Shown piece by piece: positions 10,181-20,516 of a stretch of 64,000 nt of DNA. A program made the translations under genes and the position numbers. The notes under the pieces were generated by a model, which saw only the letters and a program-made list of their open reading frames with translations, made no database searches and was not told where the DNA came from. Position 1 is the stretch's first letter. Each line of letters opens with the position of its first letter. Source of the DNA: Candidatus Omnitrophota bacterium (GTDB taxonomy: Bacteria; Omnitrophota; Gorgyraeia; Zapsychrales; Zapsychraceae); the NCBI GenBank assembly GCA_028280285.1, contig JANQMA010000050.1:38055-102054 (forward strand), in the 5' to 3' direction.

Positions 10181-11107
10181 ATGAGATTAATATTAGTATT
10201 TATATTATCCATTCTCTTTGCTTCTACCTGTCTTGCCCGGGATGATTTTACCGGGTTTAAAGACGGGACATACCGCGAATTTTACGACTCCGGTGAATTG
10301 AGGCGGATTGTAACCGTTACGCGTCAAACGCTTACCGGCCCTTTTAATACGTTTTATAAAAACGGTTTTTTAAAAGGTGAAGGTACTTATGTTAACGGTG
10401 TTTTAGAAGGCAAAGCCATTGGGTATTATCCGACCAAACAGGTTAAGATGGAAGTTAATTATCATCATGGCCTCTATGAAGGCCTGACTAAAGTGTATTA
10501 TCCTAATGGGCAGTTGAAAGGCAAGAGCTATTATCGCGATGGCCTCCTCCATGGGGATTATAAAGAATACTGGCCGAATGGCGCCTTGTCTTTTGAAAGA
10601 ACGTATAAGCACGGCGTTGCCCAAGGTGAGGAAAAACAATATCATCCGCAGGGCTATCTTTTCCGTATTACTAATCTTGTTAATGGCATGCAGCATGGGC
10701 TTATCAGGGAGTTTAACAAAGAAGGCAATCTCGTTAAATCGTATGAAGCGCGCTATGATATGGCGAACGATAATTATAAAAAATATGATGATCAAGGAAG
10801 GCTCAAGACCGATCAACGGCTGGTTAATCCCGATATTAACGAAGTTGTTATGACCGACTATTACGAGACGGGTGAAATCCTAAGGGAAACAAGCATGAAA
10901 AGTGATACGAAGCACGGCCCTTATCTTGAGTATTATGTGGATGGGGCTATCAAAGAGATGGGCTTTTATTTTGACGGCAAACGTGAAGGAAGGGTACAAA
11001 AGTTCCGCCCGAACGGCGATCTTAAAGCCGAACACCACTTTAAAGAAGATAAGGAAATGTTTGTGAGAAAATACGATTCGTCCGGATCAGTTATAGATGA
11101 TGAGTAG
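10181..11107 (+). CDS. Secreted MORN-repeat (YwqK-like) protein
   Basis: Signal peptide; reiterated YYxNGxLxxExxYxxGxxxG units throughout. Confidence 0.55.
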   Translation: MRLILVFILSILFASTCLARDDFTGFKDGTYREFYDSGELRRIVTVTRQTLTGPFNTFYKNGFLKGEGTYVNGVLEGKAIGYYPTKQVKMEVNYHHGLYEGLTKVYYPNGQLKGKSYYRDGLLHGDYKEYWPNGALSFERTYKHGVAQGEEKQYHPQGYLFRITNLVNGMQHGLIREFNKEGNLVKSYEARYDMANDNYKKYDDQGRLKTDQRLVNPDINEVVMTDYYETGEILRETSMKSDTKHGPYLEYYVDGAIKEMGFYFDGKREGRVQKFRPNGDLKAEHHFKEDKEMFVRKYDSSGSVIDDE

Positions 11108-11118
11108 AAGGTGAAGTA

Positions 11119-11790
11119 ATGGCGATTATTATTATCTTTATCATGGCATGTATTATAGGAATTATTTTTCTCAATTTGCAGACCACCACAGATCCGCAGA
11201 AAACGCGCAACGATTATCTCAAAGAAATTATACGTATCATGGAGGGTCGGAGTATGACCATACCGGCTTATGAAGATTCGTATAAAATTTTATTCACCTT
11301 TAAAAGCGAACAGTTTGAATACGATGATATCATTTCAAAGATCGGTAACAAGATTATTCACAGAGGTTATCTGCGCGTTAAAACTTTAAGCAATTTATCT
11401 TTAAGCTTTAATGAAAAAACAAGGGAGAAGTTTTTTAATAAGGATGTTGTTTCGCAAATCATTAAACCAGGTGAGCTATCGGGCGGACGTGTAAAGCTGA
11501 ATATTCCTAAGGCACTGCGTGAGTTTGATATTGTGACCAATAGCATTTTTGCGGCCAATGCTTTTTTTCAGGACAAAAAGGTGATCAACATTCTGCGTGA
11601 GTTTAAGAATATTGATACGCGCGGATGGAAGCATATGGCTATCCGTATAAAAAATGGTGAAGTTGTCTTGGAGTTTAATCCCCAAACGGGATTTAAACCG
11701 AATTTGGCCACACTGCGTAGTGACCCGCATATTATAGAAGATAATGCCAAAAAGCTTCTTGTCCTTGTGGCCCGTCTTAATACCTCGTAA
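11119..11790 (+). CDS. Hypothetical membrane-anchored protein
   Basis: ORF with an N-terminal TM helix; no recognisable family. Confidence 0.4.
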   Translation: MAIIIIFIMACIIGIIFLNLQTTTDPQKTRNDYLKEIIRIMEGRSMTIPAYEDSYKILFTFKSEQFEYDDIISKIGNKIIHRGYLRVKTLSNLSLSFNEKTREKFFNKDVVSQIIKPGELSGGRVKLNIPKALREFDIVTNSIFAANAFFQDKKVINILREFKNIDTRGWKHMAIRIKNGEVVLEFNPQTGFKPNLATLRSDPHIIEDNAKKLLVLVARLNTS

Positions 11791-11864
11791 GTATAATTCC
11801 ACAAGTTATTGAATATAAATAACTTATAATCCAAATATAATTTTAAGCAAGGCATATTTGGTTA

Positions 11865-11892
11865 TTGACACAAAAATCTTTTTTGTTATAAT
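11865..11892 (+). promoter_or_regulatory. Sigma70 promoter TTGACA-N16-TATAAT of the hrcA operon
   Basis: ttgaca 11865-11870, tataat 11887-11892, immediately upstream of CIRCE. Confidence 0.75.
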
Positions 11893-11898
11893 AGCGGC

Positions 11899-11925
11899 TT
11901 AGCATTCGATCCTAAAGAGTGCTAA
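11899..11925 (+). promoter_or_regulatory. CIRCE operator (HrcA binding site)
   Basis: TTAGCATTC-N9-GAGTGCTAA, one mismatch to the TTAGCACTC-N9-GAGTGCTAA consensus, located between the promoter and hrcA. Confidence 0.85.
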
Positions 11926-11959
11926 AAAACAGTAAACTTATGTAAGGACAGTGACTTAG

Positions 11960-12700
11960 ATGATGACTCCAAAGAAAACCGATATCCGTGCCAGAAAAGA
12001 GCGGGTTTTAGGTATAACTGTTAGTCAGTATATTAAAAATGTTTCACCGGTCAGTTCTGCTTTTTTGGTTAATGAATATTTTGCCGATTTAAGCTCGGCC
12101 ACAATCCGTAATATTTTAAGTGAGCTCGAACAAGAAGGATATTTAACGCATCCGCATACATCAGCCGGACGCATTCCCACCCAAAAGGGTTACCGCTATT
12201 ATGTCGATAACCTTGTTGATGAAATTCAACTTTTGGAAGAGGAGAAAGAACGCATCCGCCAAGATTATTTAAAAGAAAAAAGAGAATTAGATGCCCTTCT
12301 TAAAAAAGCATCACAAGCCATTTCGCAGGTAACCCATTATACGGGTATTGTTTCTGTGGATGGATTTGAAGATAGATTGTATTTGAGTGGAACACATCAT
12401 ATTGTGGAATACCCTGATTATCAGGATATTCAAAAAATTCGCTCTATATTAGTTGCTTTGGAAGAGAAGGAACAATTGTATAAGGTCATCAGTAAAGAGC
12501 TTGATAAACGCATTGAGGTTTTTATCGGCAGTGAAATCGAGTGCTCTGATATTGATGCCTGTTCGCTTGTGGTTTCTTCATATAAAACCCGTAAGGGACC
12601 GACAGGCCGTATTGCTGTATTGGGACCGACAAGCATGGACTATCAAAAAGTATTTTCTACCGTCGATTATATGACGCGTTTAATGGAAGAAATGATTTAA
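11960..12700 (+). CDS. hrcA: Heat-inducible transcription repressor HrcA
   Basis: N-terminal winged helix with SSATIRN...LE..GYL.HPHTSAGRIPT..GYRYYVD; first gene of a grpE-dnaK-dnaJ operon; CIRCE upstream. Confidence 0.85.
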   Translation: MMTPKKTDIRARKERVLGITVSQYIKNVSPVSSAFLVNEYFADLSSATIRNILSELEQEGYLTHPHTSAGRIPTQKGYRYYVDNLVDEIQLLEEEKERIRQDYLKEKRELDALLKKASQAISQVTHYTGIVSVDGFEDRLYLSGTHHIVEYPDYQDIQKIRSILVALEEKEQLYKVISKELDKRIEVFIGSEIECSDIDACSLVVSSYKTRKGPTGRIAVLGPTSMDYQKVFSTVDYMTRLMEEMI

Positions 12701-12703
12701 GCG

Positions 12704-13312
12704 ATGGAGTCAATGATGACAGAAAAAAAAGAACAGCAAAAAAGTCAGAACAAAAATTCCGAAAAAAAGAAATCCAAAATGATTAAGGTTGATGAAGCCG
12801 AGTATACCGGTATTGTCGAGGAGTTAAAGGAAGTTAAAGACAAACATGTCCGTCTGTATGCCGAGTTTGATAATGCCCGCAAACGCATGGAACGTGAAAA
12901 AGAAGAGTTTGTTAAATATGCCGCCGAAGGCCTTATTGTTGAATTTTTGGAAGTGCACGATGATTTGGAGAGAAGCGTGGCAGCCGCCAAGCAAGAGATT
13001 AAAGACGGCAACTCTTCTCTTATTAAAGGCCTCGAGATGGTTAAAAATCGCACAGAAGAGTTTTTGAAAAAAAACGGTGTCAGACCAATGAAGGCCTTGG
13101 GCCAGACATTTGATCATAATTGTCATGAGGTCATGATGCAGCAAGAGACAACAGAACATGAAGATAATACAGTGATCGAAGTTTTTCAGCAAGGGTATTA
13201 CCTTGGGGATAAAGTGGTACGAACAGCAAAAGTAAAACTCGCTAAAAATAACAGTTCTCAACCGTCGAAGGAAAGCGAAGAAAACGGCGAAGTTGAGGCA
13301 AAGAATTTATAA
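12704..13312 (+). CDS. grpE: Nucleotide exchange factor GrpE
   Basis: VRLYAEFDNARKRMEREKEE core motif and coiled-coil N-terminus. Confidence 0.85.
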   Translation: MESMMTEKKEQQKSQNKNSEKKKSKMIKVDEAEYTGIVEELKEVKDKHVRLYAEFDNARKRMEREKEEFVKYAAEGLIVEFLEVHDDLERSVAAAKQEIKDGNSSLIKGLEMVKNRTEEFLKKNGVRPMKALGQTFDHNCHEVMMQQETTEHEDNTVIEVFQQGYYLGDKVVRTAKVKLAKNNSSQPSKESEENGEVEAKNL

Positions 13313-13332
13313 ATTAACAAGGAGTAGATGAA

Positions 13333-15264
13333 ATGGGTAAAGCAATTGGAATCGATTTAGGAACGTCAAACTCAGCGGCCGCGGTTATGGAAGGCGGACG
13401 CCCTGTGATTATTCCTTCGGCCGAAGGAGCAGGGGTCGCGTCAGGAAAAGCTTTTCCGTCATTTGTCGCTTTCACCAAAGAAGGTGACCGTTTAGTTGGT
13501 GAGCCAGCTAAAAGACAGGCCCCGGTTAATCCGGAAGGAACCATTTATGCCTCAAAACGTAAAATGGGAACGGATCATAAATTCAAAGTATTTGATAAAG
13601 AGTTCACGCCACAGCAAGTCGGGGCATTTATCCTGCAGAAAATCAAAGCAGATGCCGAAAAGTATTTAGGCGAAACCGTTGATGAAGCGGTGATCACTGT
13701 GCCTGCTTATTTTAATGATGCCCAAAGACAAGCGACCAAAGATGCGGGTGAAATCGCAGGACTTAAAGTTTTGCGTATTATCAACGAACCAACATCCGCC
13801 TGCCTTGCGTATGGGATTGATAAAGCCGGTAAAGAACAAAAGATTATGGTCTTTGACTTCGGCGGGGGTACGCTCGACGTAACCGTTCTTGAAATGGGTT
13901 GGGATGAAGAGCATAAAGCTGCCACGTTTGAAGTGTTGTCGACCAGCGGCGACAATCATCTCGGTGGAACGGATATGGACAACTCTTTAATTGATTATAT
14001 TACAGAAGAGTTTAAAAAAGAGTCCGGTGTTGATTTGACCAATGATAAAATGGCCTTTCAACGTCTGCGTGAAGCAGCTGAAAAAGCCAAGGTTGAATTA
14101 TCATCAACGGTTACAACCGATATCAGTCTTCCTTTTATTACCGCTGATGCCTCAGGACCGAAGCATTTAAACATGACGATCGACCGTGCCAAGCTTGAAA
14201 GTTTGGTGGGTGATACGGTTAACCGTTGCGCCGGTCCTATCCGTCAGGCGATTAAAGATGCCAGTGAAAAGTTAGGCGAAGAGGTAAAAGTTGATCGCAT
14301 CATCCTCGTTGGTGGTCCAACACGCATGCCAATCGTTCAAGAGTTTGTCGAAAAGGAAGTCGGGCAAAAGATCGAAGGCGGGATTGATCCGATGGAGTGT
14401 GTCGCTTTAGGTGCGGCCGTTCAATCCGGGATTATCCGCGGCGAGGCCAAGGAAGTGCTTCTGCTTGATGTTACGCCATTAACCCTTGGGATTGAAACAA
14501 TGGGCAGTGTTATGACAAAGCTCATTGACCGTAACACAACAATTCCGGCCAAAAAGTCACAAGTGTTTTCAACCGCCGAAGATAATCAAAGCGCGGTAAC
14601 CATTCGTGTTCTTCAAGGCGAACGCCAAATGGCCAATGACAATACAGAGCTTGGCCGTTTTGATCTTGTCGGTATTCCGCCGGCACCACGTGGTGTGCCG
14701 CAGATCGAAGTAACGTTTGACATCGATACCGACGGGATTGTGCATGTTTCCGCGAAAGATAAAGGAACAGGCAAAGAACAATCTATCCGTATTACGGCGC
14801 CTACAAAACTGTCTGAAGAAGAAATTGAGAAGATGGTGAAGGAAGCGGAAAAATACGCGGAAGAAGATAAAAAGAAAAAAGAAGAAGTGGAAACAATCAA
14901 TCAAGCGAACACCGTTGTTTATGCGACGGAAAAGTCACTGAAAGACTATGGTGATAAGGTCTCTGAGGAAGAAAAGAAAAACATTGAGGCCGAGCTTGAA
15001 AATCTCAAAAAAGCCATTGAAGCCAAAGATATTGAGAAGATTAAATCTGCTCAAGAAACTCTTCAGAAAGCGGCCCACAAGTTAGCCGAAGAAGTGTATA
15101 AGGCAACAGCGGCCGAGCAGCAAGCAGGTGCTGAGGCTTCTGCCGCCGGAGCGCAAGCCGGACCGGAAGCGGCTGCAGGCGGCGGGGCAACGGATGATAA
15201 AAAAGATAATAAGGAAGATGTCATTGATGCCGATTTTAAGGCAGAGGATGATAAAAAAGAATAA
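13333..15264 (+). CDS. dnaK: Chaperone DnaK (Hsp70)
   Basis: [38 protein letters not shown]. The N-terminal segment carries a small insertion relative to canonical DnaK. Confidence 0.9.
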   Translation: MGKAIGIDLGTSNSAAAVMEGGRPVIIPSAEGAGVASGKAFPSFVAFTKEGDRLVGEPAKRQAPVNPEGTIYASKRKMGTDHKFKVFDKEFTPQQVGAFILQKIKADAEKYLGETVDEAVITVPAYFNDAQRQATKDAGEIAGLKVLRIINEPTSACLAYGIDKAGKEQKIMVFDFGGGTLDVTVLEMGWDEEHKAATFEVLSTSGDNHLGGTDMDNSLIDYITEEFKKESGVDLTNDKMAFQRLREAAEKAKVELSSTVTTDISLPFITADASGPKHLNMTIDRAKLESLVGDTVNRCAGPIRQAIKDASEKLGEEVKVDRIILVGGPTRMPIVQEFVEKEVGQKIEGGIDPMECVALGAAVQSGIIRGEAKEVLLLDVTPLTLGIETMGSVMTKLIDRNTTIPAKKSQVFSTAEDNQSAVTIRVLQGERQMANDNTELGRFDLVGIPPAPRGVPQIEVTFDIDTDGIVHVSAKDKGTGKEQSIRITAPTKLSEEEIEKMVKEAEKYAEEDKKKKEEVETINQANTVVYATEKSLKDYGDKVSEEEKKNIEAELENLKKAIEAKDIEKIKSAQETLQKAAHKLAEEVYKATAAEQQAGAEASAAGAQAGPEAAAGGGATDDKKDNKEDVIDADFKAEDDKKE

Positions 15265-16412
15265 TGAGTACAAACCGTGATTATTACGAAATCTTAGGTG
15301 TTGCCCGCGAGGCGAGCGTGGCCGATATTAAAAAGGCTTACCGCAAGCTGGCGCTTAAGTATCACCCCGACCGTGTTGCCGAAGATAAGAAAAAGGAATC
15401 GGAAGAAGAGTTTAAGGTTATCTCGGAAGCCTATGCTGTTTTAACCGATCCTAAAAAACGGCAACTCTATGATCAATACGGTCATGCCGGTGTTGATCAG
15501 CAGTATTCCGCGGAAGATATTTTCCGCGGGGCTGATTTTAGTGATCTGGGTGATATCTTCAGCCAGTTTTTCGGAGGCGGTGGCTCTTCCTCTGATATCT
15601 TTGGCAGTATGTTTGGCGGCGGTGGCACCCGACGTGGACCGTCACGTGGTGCCGATATTCAGACAGAAATAGCGATCACGCTTGAAGAGGCCTTTAATGG
15701 TGTTCAGAAAAACATTACGATTCAGCGTAATGAGCATTGCATCAAATGTGATGGCACAGGAGCCAAGGATGCGAATTCGCTTAAAACGTGTACAGTGTGC
15801 CAGGGGACGGGAAGTGTTGTCACCTCCAGTGGCTTTTTTCGAATGAAACAGTCGTGTCCGACGTGTGGCGGGCGTGGTCAGATCATTACAGAATTCTGTC
15901 CGGAATGCGATGGTAAAGGGGTTGTCCGGCAAACCCGTAAGATTGAAGTTAATATTCCGGCCGGGGTTGATGATAATTCGCGTTTGCGTGTTTCCGGCGA
16001 AGGGGAAATTGGTAAAGGTGGTTCGGGTGATTTGTATTTGTATATTGCGGTTAGAGAGCATGATATTTTTCATCGCAATGGTGATGATTTGCATATGGAT
16101 TTGCCAATCAGTTTTGCCAAAGCGGCTTTAGGCGCGGAGGTTTCGGTTCCAACATTAAGCGGTAATGTGTCGATGAAGATTCCAGCCGGGACACAGAGTG
16201 GTAAGGTTTTTCGTCTTAAAGAAAAAGGGATGCCGAGTTTGCGTGGGTACAAACCTGGTGATCTATATGCGCGGGTGATGTTGTCGGTTCCAAAGAAGTT
16301 GACGGCCGAGCAAAAGGAATTGCTTGAGCAATATGCCAAGATTAGCGGTGAGGATGTTGGAAAAGGGACCGCGGATACGTTGAAAGAGAAGTTAAAAAAG
16401 GTATTTAAGTAG
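15264..16412 (+). CDS. dnaJ: Co-chaperone DnaJ
   Basis: J domain DYYEILGV...YHPDR, G/F region, four CxxCxGxG zinc-finger repeats. Start overlaps the dnaK stop (ATGA). Confidence 0.9.
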   Translation: MSTNRDYYEILGVAREASVADIKKAYRKLALKYHPDRVAEDKKKESEEEFKVISEAYAVLTDPKKRQLYDQYGHAGVDQQYSAEDIFRGADFSDLGDIFSQFFGGGGSSSDIFGSMFGGGGTRRGPSRGADIQTEIAITLEEAFNGVQKNITIQRNEHCIKCDGTGAKDANSLKTCTVCQGTGSVVTSSGFFRMKQSCPTCGGRGQIITEFCPECDGKGVVRQTRKIEVNIPAGVDDNSRLRVSGEGEIGKGGSGDLYLYIAVREHDIFHRNGDDLHMDLPISFAKAALGAEVSVPTLSGNVSMKIPAGTQSGKVFRLKEKGMPSLRGYKPGDLYARVMLSVPKKLTAEQKELLEQYAKISGEDVGKGTADTLKEKLKKVFK

Positions 16413-16423
16413 GGAACAGAGAT

Positions 16424-16681
16424 ATGCCAACATATCAATACGAATGTGATGCTTGCGGATACGCGTTTGAAGCATTTCAATCAATGACGGATCCAAAGTT
16501 TAAGAAATGCCCGAAGTGTAAAAAGATGAAGTTATCCCGCTTGATCGGCACCGGAGCAGGGGTTATTTTTAAAGGGTCCGGGTTTTACGAGACTGATTTT
16601 AAAACTAAGGATGCTAGTAAAGGTGCTGAATCGGATGGCTCTGACTGCTGCTCGGATTCAGGCGGCTGCGGATGCGAATAG
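16424..16681 (+). CDS. FmdB-family zinc-ribbon regulatory protein with a Cys-rich tail
   Basis: MPTYQYECDACGY...CPKCKK zinc ribbon; C-terminus GSDCCSDSGGCGCE. Confidence 0.6.
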   Translation: MPTYQYECDACGYAFEAFQSMTDPKFKKCPKCKKMKLSRLIGTGAGVIFKGSGFYETDFKTKDASKGAESDGSDCCSDSGGCGCE

Positions 16682-17055
16682 GCAAATTCGCGCAATTTTG
16701 GTTTCCGGTTATTGCCTATTCTGCTATTATTTTCGGTATCTCGGCTATACCGGGCGATGGGATTGAGCCCGGTTTTCCAGGATTAGACAAAATTTTTCAT
16801 GTGGCCGAATACATGCCGTATGGATTTTTGGTCTGCAGAGCTTTAAAAGAGTATTTTAATGTAGACAAAGAGGGGGCAATTTTATTTTGGACGACCCTGT
16901 TTGTTCTGTGTTATGGTGTGAGCGATGAAATTCACCAGTATTTCGTTCCTTTAAGAGAGGCGGATGTGTGGGATGTTGTGGCTGACACATTTGGGGGCTT
17001 CTTGGGAGGCCTTGTATATTTGAATTTGAATAAGAAAGGTAACATTGGATGCTAG
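16672..17055 (+). CDS. VanZ-like family membrane protein
   Basis: DKxxHxxxY ... SDEIHQYFVPLREADVWDVVADTFGGFLG pattern with TM helices. Confidence 0.55.
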   Translation: MRIGKFAQFWFPVIAYSAIIFGISAIPGDGIEPGFPGLDKIFHVAEYMPYGFLVCRALKEYFNVDKEGAILFWTTLFVLCYGVSDEIHQYFVPLREADVWDVVADTFGGFLGGLVYLNLNKKGNIGC

Positions 17056-17112
17056 ATGCTAGATGCTTGATGCTCGATGCTCGCGAGCAACGAGCGACAA
17101 GCAACGAGCATC
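17048..17112. repeat. Heptad palindromic element (GATGCTA / AGCAACG family)
   Basis: gatgcta gatgcta gatgctt gatgctc gatgctc gcg agcaacg agcgaca agcaacg agcatc. Confidence 0.65.
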
Positions 17113-17136
17113 AAATTACAGTTAAAGGATCTAATT

Positions 17137-18405
17137 ATGGCACATATCAAACCGTTTAAAGCGGTCTATTATAATATCGATAAAGTAAAAGATTTCCGTA
17201 CTGTTATGGCGCCGCCATATGATGTAATTAATGAGGAGTATCAAAATGATCTTCACAACAGAAGTCCGTTTAACTTTACACATATTGATCTAGAGAAGCA
17301 GTTTCCCAATGACGATAGAACCGATAATCGTTACACACGCTCCAAAAAAACATTTCAGGATTGGTTGAAAAAGCGTGTTATGGTTGAAGACAGCGAGCCG
17401 GCGGTTTATTTTTATCGTCAGGAATACAAGGTTCAGGGGCAGAAATATAACCGTTTGGGTTTTATTTCGCTTATGGAGCTTCATGATGAAGGTGATTCCA
17501 AAGTTCATCCTCATGAAAAAACGCATGCCAATGCGGTGGACGACCGTTTTCAATTAACCAAGGCGCTTAATTCTAATCTCAGTTGCATTTTTGTTTGTTA
17601 TTCCGATGTCCAGAAAAAAGTGGAGAAGATTTTTAATAAACATCTCTGTGCGACCGAACCGCTGATTGATGTGGTCGATGATAATGATATCCGCAATAAA
17701 GTATGGCGTCTTACCGATGAAGCTCTGATAGCAGATATTAATAAATCTCTGGAAGGGCAGAATTTATTTATTGCCGATGGGCATCACCGCTATCAAGTGG
17801 CCTGCGAATATCGCTCTCACCGGCGCAGCCGTAAGATAAAATCGGGTGGGCAAGAATCGTATAATTATGTGATGACCTATTTCACGAATATGGATTCTAA
17901 GGATTTGCAAATCTTTCCTATGCACCGCATCTTAAAAAAATTCCCGCAAGATTTAAGTTTTCTCGACGAGTTTTTCAGAATCGATAAAATTAAAACGAAA
18001 GAAGAACTATTGATCCTGTTAGCCAAAGCCGGTAAGAATGAACATGCCTTTGGTCTGTATACACGTGATGGCATTAAACTATTACGGCTTAAAAATAAGC
18101 TGCTTATTGATCGGGAAATTAAAGAAGGATCATCTGAATACAAAAAACTTGACGCAACGATTTTGAAGAACTTTGTTTTTGATCGTCAAGGTATTCCGTC
18201 GGATGACAATATTATTTACACTAAAGATTTAAATGAAGTGACCAATATGGTTGATACAGGCAATGCGGATGCCGGTTTTGTTATGAATGCCGTTAAGATT
18301 AAACAGTTGAAAGATATTGCGCTTAACGGGGAGAAGATGCCGCCTAAGACAACTTATTTTTATCCAAAGGTTCTCTCAGGTTTGACTGTTTATAAAATGG
18401 ACTAA
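17137..18405 (+). CDS. DUF1015 family protein
   Basis: N-terminus MAHIKPFKAVYYN...MAPPYDVI is typical of DUF1015. The track start at 17077 translates the repeat. Confidence 0.6.
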   Translation: MAHIKPFKAVYYNIDKVKDFRTVMAPPYDVINEEYQNDLHNRSPFNFTHIDLEKQFPNDDRTDNRYTRSKKTFQDWLKKRVMVEDSEPAVYFYRQEYKVQGQKYNRLGFISLMELHDEGDSKVHPHEKTHANAVDDRFQLTKALNSNLSCIFVCYSDVQKKVEKIFNKHLCATEPLIDVVDDNDIRNKVWRLTDEALIADINKSLEGQNLFIADGHHRYQVACEYRSHRRSRKIKSGGQESYNYVMTYFTNMDSKDLQIFPMHRILKKFPQDLSFLDEFFRIDKIKTKEELLILLAKAGKNEHAFGLYTRDGIKLLRLKNKLLIDREIKEGSSEYKKLDATILKNFVFDRQGIPSDDNIIYTKDLNEVTNMVDTGNADAGFVMNAVKIKQLKDIALNGEKMPPKTTYFYPKVLSGLTVYKMD

Positions 18406-18424
18406 CTTATATCACAGTTCTATT

Positions 18425-19273
18425 ATGGGATTATTTGGCCGTAAAAAATATACTCTGGTTAATGTTAAGAAAAAAGAAATCCCTGCGGGCCTCTGGGAGA
18501 AATGTCCTGAGTGCGAAGCTGTTTCGTATAAAAAAGAATTGTCTGATAATCTTGAAGTGTGTCCTAAGTGCGATTATCATTTTTCTCTGACCGCCAAAGA
18601 GCGCATTAGCACAATCATTGATGAAGGTTCCTTTATCGAAACAGACAAAGATCTTTTTTCAGGCGATCCCCTCGAGTTTAAAGGTCCTAAGACATATCCG
18701 GAAAAAATTAAAGGAGATCAAAAACGTACTGGTTTGCGTGATGCGGTTATTACCGGCTACGGGACAGTACATGGCAAAAAAATCGGTATAGCTGTTACTG
18801 ATTCCAGGTTTATTATGGGCTCAATGGGCTCGGTTGTTGGGGAGCGTATTACGCGGATCATAGAATATTCGACCAAAGAGCAGATTCCCGTGATTATTGT
18901 CTCAGGTTCTGGTGGTGGTGCGCGTATGTACGAAGGGGTTTTCTCTTTGATGCAAATGGCGAAAACCTGTGCGGCACTGGCCCGACATAATGAGGCAGGG
19001 CTTTTGCATATATCGCTTTTGACCAATCCAACAATGGCAGGCATCATGGCTTCTTTTGCCGGGGTTGGTGATGTGATTATGGCGGAACCCCGTGCCTTAA
19101 TTGGATTTACAGGCCCAAGGGTTATTGAACAGACAATCAAGCAAAAGCTTCCGGAAGGTTTTCAGCGTTCGGAATTTTTATTGGAGCATGGTCTGATTGA
19201 TATGATTGTCAGCCGTCATGATTTAAAAGAGCGATTGGCGGATGTCGTTATGTACACTTCGTGTAGGACTTAG
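18425..19273 (+). CDS. accD: Acetyl-CoA carboxylase carboxyltransferase beta subunit
   Basis: N-terminal zinc ribbon CPECEAV...CPKCDYH followed by the carboxyltransferase domain. Confidence 0.85.
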   Translation: MGLFGRKKYTLVNVKKKEIPAGLWEKCPECEAVSYKKELSDNLEVCPKCDYHFSLTAKERISTIIDEGSFIETDKDLFSGDPLEFKGPKTYPEKIKGDQKRTGLRDAVITGYGTVHGKKIGIAVTDSRFIMGSMGSVVGERITRIIEYSTKEQIPVIIVSGSGGGARMYEGVFSLMQMAKTCAALARHNEAGLLHISLLTNPTMAGIMASFAGVGDVIMAEPRALIGFTGPRVIEQTIKQKLPEGFQRSEFLLEHGLIDMIVSRHDLKERLADVVMYTSCRT

Positions 19274-19328
19274 GCGTTGGAACTTGGAACTTGGAATTCC
19301 CAAGTCCTAAGTCCCACGTACTAAGTCC
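19266..19328. repeat. Heptad palindromic element (GGACTTAGG / CCTAAGTCC family)
   Basis: ggacttaggcgttggaacttggaacttggaattcccaagtcctaagtcccacgtactaagtcc. Confidence 0.65.
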
Positions 19329-19412
19329 TATTATTTCATTGCATTTTCCAGGCTTTTTGATTAGAATACAGCCTTTATATTAGACATTAAGTATTAATAT
19401 CTAAGGACAGAT

Positions 19413-20516
19413 ATGGCACAAATTACACTTAAGAATGTTTCTAAAATTTACCGCGGCAATGATTGTGCAGTTGATAATATTGATTTGTCTGTCGAGGATA
19501 AAGAGTTTATGGTCCTTGTCGGTCCTTCCGGTTGCGGTAAGTCGACGACTTTACGTATGATTGCCGGTTTAGAAGATATTTCTAAGGGAAAGGCTTTTAT
19601 CGGGGACAGATTGGTTAATGATGTTCCGGCTAAAGACCGTGATATCGCGATGGTCTTTCAAAATTATGCCCTTTATCCACATATGACTGTATATGAAAAT
19701 ATGTCGTTCGGTCTTAAATTGCGTAAGTATCCCAAGGATGAGATTTTAAAACGTGTTAATGAGGCGGCTGAGATTTTAGGTATTAAACATCTTCTCGAAA
19801 GGCGTCCACGCCAATTATCCGGGGGAGAAAGACAGCGCGTTGCTTTAGGCCGTGCGATCGTGCGCAAACCTCAGGTGTTTTTATTCGATGAGCCTTTAAG
19901 TAATTTGGATGCTAAGTTACGTGTGCAAATGCGCACCGAAATCCATAAGCTGCGCACGCGTTTGCAAACAACGTTTGTTTATGTAACCCATGATCAAACC
20001 GAAGCGTTGACTTTGGGCGACCGCATTGTCGTTATGCGTGGCGGAAAAATTCAGCAGTGTGCTGATCCGATGACGATTTATGATAAACCGGCTAATAAGT
20101 TTGTCGCCAGCTTTATCGGTTCACCACCAATTAATTTAATGGATGGTAAAATCATCAAGCGTGATAAAAAATATTACTTTGATGAAGGTAAGTTTCAAGT
20201 TAGACTTGTAGAAGAGATGTATAAAGACATCGAGCCTTATGAAGGCAAAGAGGTTACCTTCGGTATTCGTGCCGAGGATGTTTATGATAAATTATTTGTT
20301 TCTGAAGCGTCACCGGATAATACCATCCGTGCTGTCTGTGAGGTTGTGGAGCCTTTAGGATCTGAAGTTTATTTGTATTTGAATACAGGCAAAAATACTT
20401 TTATCGCACGTGTTGGTGCACATAACCGTCCTGATGTGAATCGGGAAATGGATCTTGTATTTGATATGAGTAAGGTGCACTTCTTTGACCGAGAAACAGA
20501 AAACACAATTGTCTAA
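19413..20516 (+). CDS. Sugar ABC transporter ATP-binding protein (MalK/UgpC/MsmX type), orphan
   Basis: Walker A GPSGCGKST, LSGGERQRVALGRA, and a C-terminal TOBE-like regulatory domain. No permease or binding-protein gene adjacent. Confidence 0.8.
   Translation: MAQITLKNVSKIYRGNDCAVDNIDLSVEDKEFMVLVGPSGCGKSTTLRMIAGLEDISKGKAFIGDRLVNDVPAKDRDIAMVFQNYALYPHMTVYENMSFGLKLRKYPKDEILKRVNEAAEILGIKHLLERRPRQLSGGERQRVALGRAIVRKPQVFLFDEPLSNLDAKLRVQMRTEIHKLRTRLQTTFVYVTHDQTEALTLGDRIVVMRGGKIQQCADPMTIYDKPANKFVASFIGSPPINLMDGKIIKRDKKYYFDEGKFQVRLVEEMYKDIEPYEGKEVTFGIRAEDVYDKLFVSEASPDNTIRAVCEVVEPLGSEVYLYLNTGKNTFIARVGAHNRPDVNREMDLVFDMSKVHFFDRETENTIV

Noticed and set aside
11811-11833. 23-bp AT palindrome aagttattgaatataaataactt upstream of the hrcA promoter
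   Set aside because: It could be an operator or terminator remnant, but it is AT-only with low complexity and has no partner regulator evidence. It is not separable from chance in an AT-rich intergenic region.
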